From assembly GCF_001194135.2 (NCBI RefSeq), contig NC_068988.1, positions 26,416,722-26,480,721 of the forward strand: DNA of 64,000 bases, given 5' to 3'. The notes beneath the pieces are model-generated. The model was given only the letters and a program-made list of their open reading frames with translations, had not been told where the DNA came from and made no database searches. This document shows positions 53,090-64,000 of this stretch, one piece after another (position 1 is the stretch's first letter; each line of letters begins with the position of its first letter). The translations under genes and the position numbers were made by a program. This stretch comes from Octopus bimaculoides (lineage: Eukaryota).

Positions 53090-54118
53090 CCAATAATTAT
53101 ATTACCCACTTTCGCTATGCCTTCTATATCTTCTTTCGACTTTTTTTTTACCATTCTGTGTTGATGATATGCTGATATAATTAGACTGTCCCAGTTTCCA
53201 GTCTAAAATCATTTACTTTCTTCTGCATCCGAAATAACTACATCATTCCTATTATTTTCTAGTTCCAGAAGCAATTTTGATTAATTTGAATAAAATATGT
53301 TTGTCCTGTCTGTACCATTCATTTCTAGCGTCGTACCATTTACGCATTAACTTCTACGGTTCTTTGTCTCAACTCTTCAAGTACATTTTCTATGACTTTT
53401 CCTGTAAACTTGTGAACTCATTCCGACTTTTTCGTTTACTCTACAGAAGATTGCTTTCAGTGTGTTTAACTTTTAAAAAAAATTACTCACTTCCCTTATT
53501 GTGGTTCTTATAAGTTCTATTAATTCTTTCCTTAAACCCTACTGCCTCCGCTACGACATTTGCTGCAGGGCCTGTCAAAGTATTTTTTACGGCTACATAA
53601 TTTTATGACACCATAGTCTCCACCTTTGTTTTCCTGTGTTTCTAGTCTAATACTTATTCCTATCCATATATTTTAATTTCTGTTGGATTTCCTCAGAATT
53701 TTCTTACATTTTTCCCAGAACTTTTGTGAAAACAGCGTATTCTTCTTCATCTATCCTTACAGCCTGTGCATTCCTAATTATTGTGTTTTCATTTATCGTT
53801 TGAATTAATTTGAATTCTTCTGCGACTATTTCCTCGGATTCTCTGATTTCATCGGCGTCTTCGCCTACTTCTCCCCCTTCTTGTTCGTGCCCAATTTTTC
53901 TTCTGATCTCCTCCATTTCAATTTTAGTTAGCCATTTATGACTTGTAATTGCTCTAGCTTGGCAAGTTTGCCTTTGCTATATGACCTCAAAATGACCTTC
54001 TTCCTCTCATATTTGCTTCATCCTTTGTCTGAAGCCTCTCTCATTGCTTCACTTCTAATAACACAGTCAATGACAATTTTCTTGACACCCTTTTCCCATT
54101 TCGTCCTAAGTTCATTCT
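53090..54118 (-). mobile_element. R4/Dong-clade fragment, N-terminal (pre-RT) region
   Basis: QARAITSHKWLTKIEMEEIRRKI, AANVVAEAVGF and VISDAEESK*F..GNWD (cf. QARAI....WL...E.EEI / YAAA.V / PDAEES..FWS.IW); includes ORF 53704-53916. Confidence 0.75.
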
Positions 54119-54119
54119 A

Positions 54120-54290
54120 GCAGTAGTTTCACGAAAATGTTCAAAAGTATTTCTTCCGGCACCTTACATTCCGAGTTCAAACCAGGAGTTTGAAAAAGTT
54201 GTGTACCAGTCAATTACCTGTCCAATGTAATCGACTAACTGCTTCCTCTAGACTAACCTTATGCTAAACCTCGACACCATCAATATTATT
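54120..54290 (+). mobile_element. Highly diverged type A-like SINE
   Basis: aaatgttcaaaagtatttc...ttacattccgagttcaaa...gtaccagtc...tgtaatcgact. Confidence 0.45.
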
Positions 54291-54339
54291 ACTTCCATTT
54301 CACGTCACAAAGATCTTAATTTCACTTCCTCCGACTAAT

Positions 54340-54520
54340 TCTATAAGAGCGGACATCAACCTGTTATGAAGAGCCTTACTTTCCAAGACACTTACCATGC
54401 ACGTACCAATCTCAGAATCTTTATTGTCCCCAATGAAATAGATTTCTAAGCAGTTCTACTTTCATGTCAATCCCAAAATCACCAACAAATTTCTTAAAAC
54501 TTGGCGCAGGTGCTTGTGCA
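54340..54520 (-). mobile_element. R4/Dong-clade ORF C-terminus fragment
   Basis: KKFVGDFGIDMKVELL / KSISLGTIKILRLV (cf. QK..LLGTA.ILR.VL). Confidence 0.6.
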
Positions 54521-56070
54521 TTGAACAAAATGATTTGTGCTTGTTATATACTGCAGTTGCTAGCAAATATGGTCACATGTATGACAGCATACATGATGAC
54601 ATGTAAATTAAAAACTAAGGCGGTCAACAGTAAAGAAACTCTTTTTTCTTCTACTAAAACATGGTGTCAAGGAAGACACCATGGTTTGGCAACGCTCAGA
54701 ACTTTGGGTGAAATGCTATGAATTATAATGAGAAAGTAAAAGCATGATGGTTTTAACTATGCTGCTTAATGTCTTTGCATTAGAACCAACTACGATAAGC
54801 CAGTTCGCATCCAGTTTCAGAAAAACTAACCGTAGTATATGGAGGTTTGATATCATCGATTATACTATTTTCAGCGCATGAAGGTAAAGGAAACATATGA
54901 ATACTTCCCGGCATGAGAAGCATCATTTAAACTAGAATATAAATCATAGTTATAGAGATTGGCTAATAAAACTACACTTCTTATTGTCTGAAGATAAATG
55001 TAGATATCAAGTAGAAACAATATTGCGTTATTACTGAAAAATACAGACCGAGAAAAACAAAGAAAAGTACTCACAATTATATGTCATATATTTCAGCAGG
55101 ATAGTGTATGATACTAAAAATTGAGCAGTTGCTGTGCTGGAAGAAATTTAGTAAATAAATGGAAGACTGTATTGTGTTCAATATCGGAAATTTAAGCATT
55201 AAGTTAGCCAATGGATATTACACTTTCTTTTCTAACAGTAGAAACAATAGTTATCAATATTCCGAATATTGTCGACGATTAAAGGGAACAAAGGAAATAA
55301 ATATAACCTCCTCAAAACTTAGCATTACAGCCGTTTGATGTTAATGTGATGCATACCAAATAATATATATGAAAATAGACACGAACATAAATCGGGGAAA
55401 GCTTTAAAGACACCGATACAGGAATTAATCAAACCCAGATTATGATAAATATGAATACATGGTTGAAAATACTGCATGCGAGATTATAAGAATGAGGGAA
55501 TTGATAGATGTGTGCTGCTTTGGTATGGTTTATTGTATAAAAACGAATCATGAAATCATTTTTAATATCACCACAAAAAGAGAGTGAAGTGGAACATATT
55601 CTCGTATTTTATCGCCGCAATGTATTGACGATGAAGTAAGAGACAAGCGAGGGAAACTATGCAGGATATCCAAGCTAAAATGTTAAACGAGGAAATTTAT
55701 ATTGATTTCGATAATACATTTTTAGTGTGCAATTACCTGCTGAATCTGGAAATTCTCCCCTTTACACAAATAAAAGGAAGTATATTTCTGGTATATAAAG
55801 AGAAACAATAATTTCCTAACAGACACACAGATACATCTACATGTTTATTTCATGTAATAGAACTAACCCATACCACAGTCTATCGCAGACAAAAGGATCG
55901 AAAGGTGTCTTTAATCAGATCCAGTCTTGCAAACTTTCGAACCAAGCTTCTAGTAGGAAATCATGTTCAACTTATTAATGCGAGGTTAGCTACGACAGAT
56001 TTCTTTAGTGTTATAGTTTGTCAGTGAGTGAAATCTAGAGATACACCACTATATATATATATATATATAT

Positions 56071-56568
56071 NNNNNNNNNNNNNNNNNNNNNNNNNNNNNN
56101 NNNNNNNNNNNNNNNNNNNNNNNNNNNNNNNNNNNNNNNNNNNNNNNNNNNNNNNNNNNNNNNNNNNNNNNNNNNNNNNNNNNNNNNNNNNNNNNNNNNN
56201 NNNNNNNNNNNNNNNNNNNNNNNNNNNNNNNNNNNNNNNNNNNNNNNNNNNNNNNNNNNNNNNNNNNNNNNNNNNNNNNNNNNNNNNNNNNNNNNNNNNN
56301 NNNNNNNNNNNNNNNNNNNNNNNNNNNNNNNNNNNNNNNNNNNNNNNNNNNNNNNNNNNNNNNNNNNNNNNNNNNNNNNNNNNNNNNNNNNNNNNNNNNN
56401 NNNNNNNNNNNNNNNNNNNNNNNNNNNNNNNNNNNNNNNNNNNNNNNNNNNNNNNNNNNNNNNNNNNNNNNNNNNNNNNNNNNNNNNNNNNNNNNNNNNN
56501 NNNNNNNNNNNNNNNNNNNNNNNNNNNNNNNNNNNNNNNNNNNNNNNNNNNNNNNNNNNNNNNNNNNN
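56071..56568. other. Assembly gap (N-run), followed by (TATG)n(ATAG)n to ~56670
   Basis: Read directly. Confidence 1.
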
Positions 56569-56614
56569 GTGTGTGTGCATGTATGTATGTATGTATGTAT
56601 GTATGTATGTATGT

Positions 56615-56665
<51 letters not shown>

Positions 56666-57934
56666 CATAGATAGGTGTAGACAGACAGTGGGAAGGAGAA
56701 GCAATGATATCTAAATGCCATAGGTCAAAAGTTCATGATTTATTGTAACTCCCCTCTCAAATGGTGACAAAATAAAAACATTTCAACAATTTATTTTCAC
56801 TGTTGATGAGAATAGTTAACTATTGACTTGTCTTTATTTGCAGTCAAGATACAACTATGGACATATGTTTCAATCCGTCATGTCAGCATAATACAATATA
56901 ACTTAGCTTAAAGAAGATGAAATAGATTGCTGAATATAATAGAAAGTATAATGTGTATATTTTGGCCAAGGTTAATGTGAAATAATTAGATATTAAAGAA
57001 CCAAAGGAAATAACTGTAATTAATCGATATTATGAATTTAGATAATTAAGTTAAAAGGTGATATGCTTAACGCCGTACGTATAAATTCTTAATTCAATGA
57101 AAATTCTCGTTGCAATAGATGCAGATCATAAAAAGTCTAACGGCAGTCCTTCGTGTGTTTCCGGAATAGATATCTTCAAGAAATTCTAAAATTTTCTAAA
57201 GTTTATTTATCAGGAAATATGTGTGATGCCTGCTCGAAATTATGTAGTCTTCATCTGTTTATATACTTGAATGTTTGCTAATGTCGTAATTCCATTGCTA
57301 CAGAATGACATAATAACTTGTATATAACAACCATCCTTAAAATGTCAAAAGAATTCACACTTCAGGTTACAAGATCGCCACCCTTAATGTAGTGAAAGAG
57401 AGAGAAAAACAGACACACGAAATTCATGCTACAGAATAATTATAATTTGTCGTATTGAGAAGCTCCGTAGAAACAAGCAACTGAACAGAAAGCTGCTCCT
57501 ATCACAATATCGTGTATGGATTCAAATTTTGGTCACATTCAAAGAAATTTAACACTTTAGACGATCAATCTCAATACGTTGTTGAAAAGGGAAAATTTTC
57601 ATTGGCATTCATATATTCAAGTAATATATTTTTGGACGCTAAAAATAAAACGTGTTTAATTCACTTCGGATGTATTCCGTTCTACTTAATGCATAGACCA
57701 TTATTATAATAACTGCAATAATTTCAAACACGCTACATAGAATCACAATTCTGAACAAAATCCCTAAGGTGGGAGAGCTGTAGATAAGAACGATAGAGTT
57801 CAACACATTAGAACAAGAAGTTACGTCAGTAAATTCAAATGTCATATCTGATGGTGAACTGCAAGGAACTTCAAAATTTTGCTATGGGAAATCAAGGAAA
57901 GCGGGGAAAGCTGTACTGTCTCAAGAATATATAT

Positions 57935-58007
57935 NNNNNNNNNNNNNNNNNNNNNNNNNNNNNNNNNNNNNNNNNNNNNNNNNNNNNNNNNNNNNNNNNN
58001 NNNNNNN
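57935..58007. other. Assembly gap (N-run)
   Basis: Ns flanked by (AT)n. Confidence 1.
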
Positions 58008-58048
<41 letters not shown>

Positions 58049-58549
58049 GTATACATTGCATACATGTAATATATGTATCTATTTATTTCTCTGTGTATAT
58101 ATGCATGCACACGCACAAACACATACACACACACATACATATGTTTAATCCCCAAAACGATGAAAAAGCAACGCGAGGATGTGGTAATGAAAAAGTATAT
58201 ATATATATAAACATGTACATATGTATGTATGCATGTATGTATGTATGTATATATCTATGTATGTATGTATGTATGTTTGTATGTATGCATGTACGCATGT
58301 ATGTATTGCGTATGTATGTGTAGATATATATATATATACATGTGAGTGGACAAATGAAAGAAGGGCACTCAACGAATTTATTGAGTTGCATGCATGGATC
58401 AAAAGAGTTTGATTGAGATTCGATGGTACTCTCCAGTTTCAAGCGAGATGCTAGTCAGCCATTTGGAATTCATAATGACTGACCTGACGACTAGCACCAT
58501 GCTTGAAATTCAAGAGTACCAATGAATTTGAATCAGACTGTTTTGATCC

Positions 58550-58677
<128 letters not shown>

Positions 58678-60246
58678 AAATATAAATATGTAACTGTGGA
58701 ATTGGCACTGAGGATACAAAAGATATATGTATGCATGTGTACGCGCTCGAGTACATGTTTATGTATGTAAGTATGTTTATATTACCAGCCAAATGTGAAA
58801 CAGGAGGCCTCGATTATTTTAAATATACAAAAATCTAATCTAGTCATAATATTGATTATACTATAAGACACGACATAAAACAGTAGAATTTCTTATGAAA
58901 AGATATGAACGATTCTAGACATGCACAAATGCAAAAGCATACATGCTTGTGTGATCAAAGTAGATATAAATATTATAAACAATATGGAATAATCTAATAA
59001 ACACAACCAGGAAAACGGCATTAACAAATAAAGAAATGTCACGTTCGTTTGATGTTTTCTGTTTCCTATATATTTCGTTGTTAGGCTCACAAAGATATAC
59101 GTGCTACAGTGCTAAAATGTAAAAGATGTGGTTCATATAGATATTGTAAATAATGGACCTGCTGAAAATAATTTATTCTAAAACTTTGAATATTATGTAC
59201 CAGTAGACGTTACTGAAATAGGGATGTCACAATTGAAAATAATACGCAACGAAAACACATGTATATTGTCGTATATGTGAATATTGAATTTGTCTATATT
59301 TTTAACAATATTTTCATATAAAAACAGGGTAGTATTGTCATCTGCAATTAAACTAAATGAATATTTGATAATGAAAACCACTACGTGAAATCCGATCACA
59401 AATCATTATTAGATCGCCGATAGATGATAATGCTTAAATGTTTTCAGATATGTAATAACACCTGTCATTAGGCAGAATTATTGAGACAAGAAACATGTAA
59501 TAACTTATTAAATGCTACTGATCGTTCTCCCTACAAAAAATTACACTGACACTTTTATATAGAGTTTTCAGAACTTCCCAAAGTATCAATGATAAAAAAG
59601 TATTATATGAATGTAATATTGGTTTTGGCTTCCACCATTAAGCTACTTATATATTACTAAGATTTTATTACTTCCAAGTGACCACGACACAAGTCAAATA
59701 TATTACACAGCATGTGTTATATATTTGTTCGGTATGTTTTTATTAGCGCGCTTCAGAAAATATCGAGGGTAAAATAATTTCTGTGTGTCAGTAATAAGTT
59801 AGTGCTAAACTTTTCCATATTCCCTTTTGCTCGCTATGATTAATAGAAATAGGAAATACAAGTGATTTTCAGAATATATATACTTTATTGTCGACGATTA
59901 ATAATTTCTATCGATTCCGACTATTATCGTTGAACGGAGAACGTAAAACGTCTAGAATCGTAAAATTCCCCTGTTAAGTCGAAAACGTATTAATCAAACC
60001 ATGTTCAAACAATGAGGCGATTACATATATATTTCTTTTACGAAATACATGCTACCTGTGTAATACTTTCACAAATTATACTGGTAGTCTTCATGACATT
60101 TATCACAGCTTACAAAAGTTATATACATATACGTATGCATGCAAACATAAGCATAACTACGCATATACATACACAAAAACATACCAACACACACACACTC
60201 AAACACACACATATATATGTGTGTATGTGTGTATATATATATATAT

Positions 60247-60400
60247 GGCTGTGTGGTAAAACGTTTGCTTCCCAGGCACATGGTACCAGGTTCAGTATCA
60301 CTATGTGGCAATTTGGACAAGTTCCTTCTAATAGATCTTCAGGCAAATCGAGGCTTCGTGAGTGGATTTGGTAGGCAGAAACTAAAAGAAGCCCGTCGCG
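60247..60400 (+). mobile_element. SINE 5' half (third family)
   Basis: ggctgtgtggtaaaacgtttgcttccca..cacatggt.ccaggttcag...gtgagtggatttggtag.cagaaact.aaagaagcccgtcg. Confidence 0.8.
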
Positions 60401-60534
60401 TTATTTTTAAGATTATATATATATGCTACCCGTATAATGCCTTCACAGATTATACTATTATTCTTCATGACATTTGTCGCAATTTACAAAAGCTATATAC
60501 ACATACCAATACATCCACCATGCTGGACCACAAG

Positions 60535-60690
60535 TTTTTTTCATTATCTCTGTTTATTTTCTCTTATTCCTATCTGTTAAAGAGCGTACGCTCGAAACGT
60601 AAAAGATATTTTCATTTTCCCGAGCGTCAAAGTAATACACTTGCTTGTTGTTCATACACCTGTATTCGTCTTTTGTTTTTCTAAAAATTA
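60535..60690 (+). mobile_element. Probable Penelope-type terminal repeat fragment with a decayed hammerhead-like motif
   Basis: ctgttaa-a-GAGC-gtac-GCTC-GAAAC-gta at 60574-60601, then a T-rich tail into (AT)n. Confidence 0.45.
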
Positions 60691-60724
60691 TAACTATATA
60701 TATATATATGCACACACAAAGTAT

Positions 60725-61385
60725 GGGGGTTTAGTTCACTGGTGATCTAAGCGATTAGAAACGCTGGGAAAGTGCTCTAACGGATTAATAAGGCTACAAG
60801 GTTGTAGCCGAGACGGTACGTTCATGTTATCTTAACAACTCCTATGTAATTAACCGAGCCTCTATGAGCACTGACAAACCTTTCCCATCTGTAATCTCTC
60901 GCCAGTGTCCGCCTATATCTTCCCCTATGCTCCGTGCTGTCTTTAAGTAATTGTCTTGTTTCTGCGCCGTCGCTCAGTACATCGTAAGCTATACACTATA
61001 TTCCTAAACTTACAGTTAACCTGCAGGTTCATCCTACATACAATGCAATTTTTCTCCGTACGTGGATCAAGGATTTTAAGGGGCTAGATCAAGGATATTA
61101 TGGGCGCTCCAGATCTTTCTACTACTTTAACCCGTAGATTAGCCTTATCTAATGGTTTTCTAAAAAAGTATGCTAGTTCCCCGCCAGGGGTATCATCAAT
61201 GAACATGATACTCTGGTATGTTTTGTTGTCATACCATGAGTTGGTCTTGTCTATCTTTTTAGGGGTCCTTTCTGTCCTGTTTCAGTATTTACTCCTTTAT
61301 AGCAGGCAGATCTCTTCTCTCGTGGCTTTGAACTAGCCAGGGCTAATTACAAAGCTATCATGATCTCATTGGTGATGTAATCCTG
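60725..61385 (-). mobile_element. Penelope-like element fragment: linker plus GIY-YIG region
   Basis: KTNSWYDNKTYQSIMFIDDTPGGELA...LRVKVVEKSG, CRMNLQVNCKFRNIVYSLRC and DNYLKTARSIG (cf. V.FV..TP.GEL / C..RN.VY...C / Y.GETARS.GER). Confidence 0.7.
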
Positions 61386-61389
61386 CCAC

Positions 61390-61525
61390 CATATTCCAAG
61401 TATTACACGAATGCCCCGCCTATCCACATTTCACACCCATAGATAGCAGTAGGCACAGCATTCGGCATGTAGAGAATGGTTTTATTGGAATTATTGGAAC
61501 ACATTGGGTGAGGTCTTCTTTATAC
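61390..61525 (-). mobile_element. RTE-type LINE fragment, post-RT region
   Basis: AVPTAIYGCEMW and IRVILGIWWQDYITNEIM (cf. LLYG.E.W / LR.ILGI.WQD.ITNEE). Confidence 0.75.
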
Positions 61526-61799
61526 ACCAGGTGTATATATATATATATATATTTAATTCTTCGAAACACCGGAGTTTTAATGGTGGCAGCTGATGAAGGG
61601 GATGTTTCTATGTGGCCTGCTTGTTTGTTGCACCTTGTTTACCATTTTGTCCTTGTTCTTTTGCCACGTCATGTACCCAGTTATATATCTATATGTACAT
61701 GTAGTTGAACGTATATACATACATGTACATATATATGCATATACTCATATATTGTTTATATATATATATATATATATAATACATACATATATATATATA

Positions 61800-62153
61800 N
61801 NNNNNNNNNNNNNNNNNNNNNNNNNNNNNNNNNNNNNNNNNNNNNNNNNNNNNNNNNNNNNNNNNNNNNNNNNNNNNNNNNNNNNNNNNNNNNNNNNNNN
61901 NNNNNNNNNNNNNNNNNNNNNNNNNNNNNNNNNNNNNNNNNNNNNNNNNNNNNNNNNNNNNNNNNNNNNNNNNNNNNNNNNNNNNNNNNNNNNNNNNNNN
62001 NNNNNNNNNNNNNNNNNNNNNNNNNNNNNNNNNNNNNNNNNNNNNNNNNNNNNNNNNNNNNNNNNNNNNNNNNNNNNNNNNNNNNNNNNNNNNNNNNNNN
62101 NNNNNNNNNNNNNNNNNNNNNNNNNNNNNNNNNNNNNNNNNNNNNNNNNNNNN
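61800..62153. other. Assembly gap (N-run)
   Basis: Ns flanked by (AT)n. Confidence 1.
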
Positions 62154-62927
62154 TATATATATATATATAGTGGTGAGGAGCACCACTCTGAGTCAAAATA
62201 TACTTTTTTACAAGCTACATTACAAATAATGAGTAAGACGAGATATAGTAAATGTTTCTCTTCAAAAATTACATTTGAGAAAGGACTCTAACACATCAAT
62301 ATCCATAATAGACATCCGAAAGATCAGAAATGCAACAAAGAATTAAAATATCTAGGTGAAATAGAAAAAGGTTCCTGAAAAAATGGCACGTAGTATGAAC
62401 TTAACGAAACTTGACTAAATCTCAAAACTCAATATGAAGTATTTTCTGTAGCTTCTTCAGGATCTGTGGGAGTGGCTCTCTTCCTGGTATTTTTACGCAC
62501 GATGTTGTTAAAGAGAGGAGCGAAACTACGGAAATTACAGATCTTGTGACAGTTTGAACATCACATTTTGAAACCTGGAAATTAGCAAGTTTGACATTAA
62601 TGTGGAAGATTTGAATCCAACGGAAAAAATGAAGTTGATTTCTAAACACCCTAAATTATCCAGCTATTTTATTAGCAACCTCAATTATGATCGGGTTGTT
62701 GATGAGGAATTTCTTGAGGAAGCAGTTACCTGACTATGTTTCAGACCGTTTCAACAACAACAATTATGCTGACCAATTTCTACTCCCAAAGATGATGCAA
62801 CAATACAAGATGATGATACAATACTCACGATGTAATAGTTTCAAATAGGTTGGGAAAAATAACGAAAAATCAACAATAACTAATTTTGCCCCAGTTACCA
62901 TCTTTGCACAACATATATATATATATA

Positions 62928-63677
62928 NNNNNNNNNNNNNNNNNNNNNNNNNNNNNNNNNNNNNNNNNNNNNNNNNNNNNNNNNNNNNNNNNNNNNNNNN
63001 NNNNNNNNNNNNNNNNNNNNNNNNNNNNNNNNNNNNNNNNNNNNNNNNNNNNNNNNNNNNNNNNNNNNNNNNNNNNNNNNNNNNNNNNNNNNNNNNNNNN
63101 NNNNNNNNNNNNNNNNNNNNNNNNNNNNNNNNNNNNNNNNNNNNNNNNNNNNNNNNNNNNNNNNNNNNNNNNNNNNNNNNNNNNNNNNNNNNNNNNNNNN
63201 NNNNNNNNNNNNNNNNNNNNNNNNNNNNNNNNNNNNNNNNNNNNNNNNNNNNNNNNNNNNNNNNNNNNNNNNNNNNNNNNNNNNNNNNNNNNNNNNNNNN
63301 NNNNNNNNNNNNNNNNNNNNNNNNNNNNNNNNNNNNNNNNNNNNNNNNNNNNNNNNNNNNNNNNNNNNNNNNNNNNNNNNNNNNNNNNNNNNNNNNNNNN
63401 NNNNNNNNNNNNNNNNNNNNNNNNNNNNNNNNNNNNNNNNNNNNNNNNNNNNNNNNNNNNNNNNNNNNNNNNNNNNNNNNNNNNNNNNNNNNNNNNNNNN
63501 NNNNNNNNNNNNNNNNNNNNNNNNNNNNNNNNNNNNNNNNNNNNNNNNNNNNNNNNNNNNNNNNNNNNNNNNNNNNNNNNNNNNNNNNNNNNNNNNNNNN
63601 NNNNNNNNNNNNNNNNNNNNNNNNNNNNNNNNNNNNNNNNNNNNNNNNNNNNNNNNNNNNNNNNNNNNNNNNNNNNN
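62928..63677. other. Assembly gap (N-run)
   Basis: Ns; (AT)n on the left. Confidence 1.
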
Positions 63678-64000
63678 TATCATATCGTATATATTTACCC
63701 ACTATATGTTAAATCATACTGTACGTTTATATATCGTAATGTATTGTCTTAAATTGCCAATTTTTTTTATACAACTTGGAAACTATCCATGTTTATAAAT
63801 ATTTTTAAATAAATATTTTAAACATTCATGATATTTCTGAAGTTTATATCATTGTATATGCCTGTATACTATATTTTACCTTACTTTTTAGACATTTTAC
63901 AGACTTAAAACTATATATGTATTGATTCTAGAATGAATTGAACACACGCGCACACACACATATATTAAATCTTGTGTTGGATATACGGTATTGTTCCTGT

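Noticed and set aside
61555-61605. cgaaac...ctgatgaagggga as a circularly permuted hammerhead
   Set aside because: Stem II can be drawn with two G-U pairs, but stem I does not form after the putative GUU triplet.
62169-62187. Hairpin AGTGGTG-aggag-CACCACT, with a matching caccact at 56044-56050
   Set aside because: A 7-bp match is expected by chance, and the two sites face outward so they cannot be TIRs of one element.
62729-62758. Minus-strand gaaacatagtcagg resembling a hammerhead 3' half
   Set aside because: No CUGANGA core and no stem II upstream.

Overview
AT-rich, microsatellite-dense animal DNA from a gapped short-read assembly (11 N-runs, each bordered by (AT)n). The SINE families look like those of Octopus; this is inferred from memory of the families, not from a search. 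The window is mostly a transposon graveyard. It holds about 16 tRNA-derived SINE copies or fragments, seven R4/Dong-clade non-LTR fragments, two Penelope-like remnants, single CR1 and RTE fragments, a Chapaev-3-like DNA transposase remnant and an internally deleted Gypsy element with both LTRs. I could not confidently identify any protein-coding gene. Most ORFs in the supplied track are microsatellite or N-gap artefacts, or chance ORFs. A phase-consistent chain of possible plus-strand exons at 13.1-16.9 kb is reported at low confidence. I found no well-supported new biological system. The two patterns most worth testing: (1) all 13 recognisable TE coding remnants, from six TE groups, lie on the minus strand; (2) every long (ATT)n array adjoins an R4/Dong fragment, twice tail-to-tail with a SINE. 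All translations were done by hand, and TE boundaries are approximate (about 10-30 bp) unless stated.
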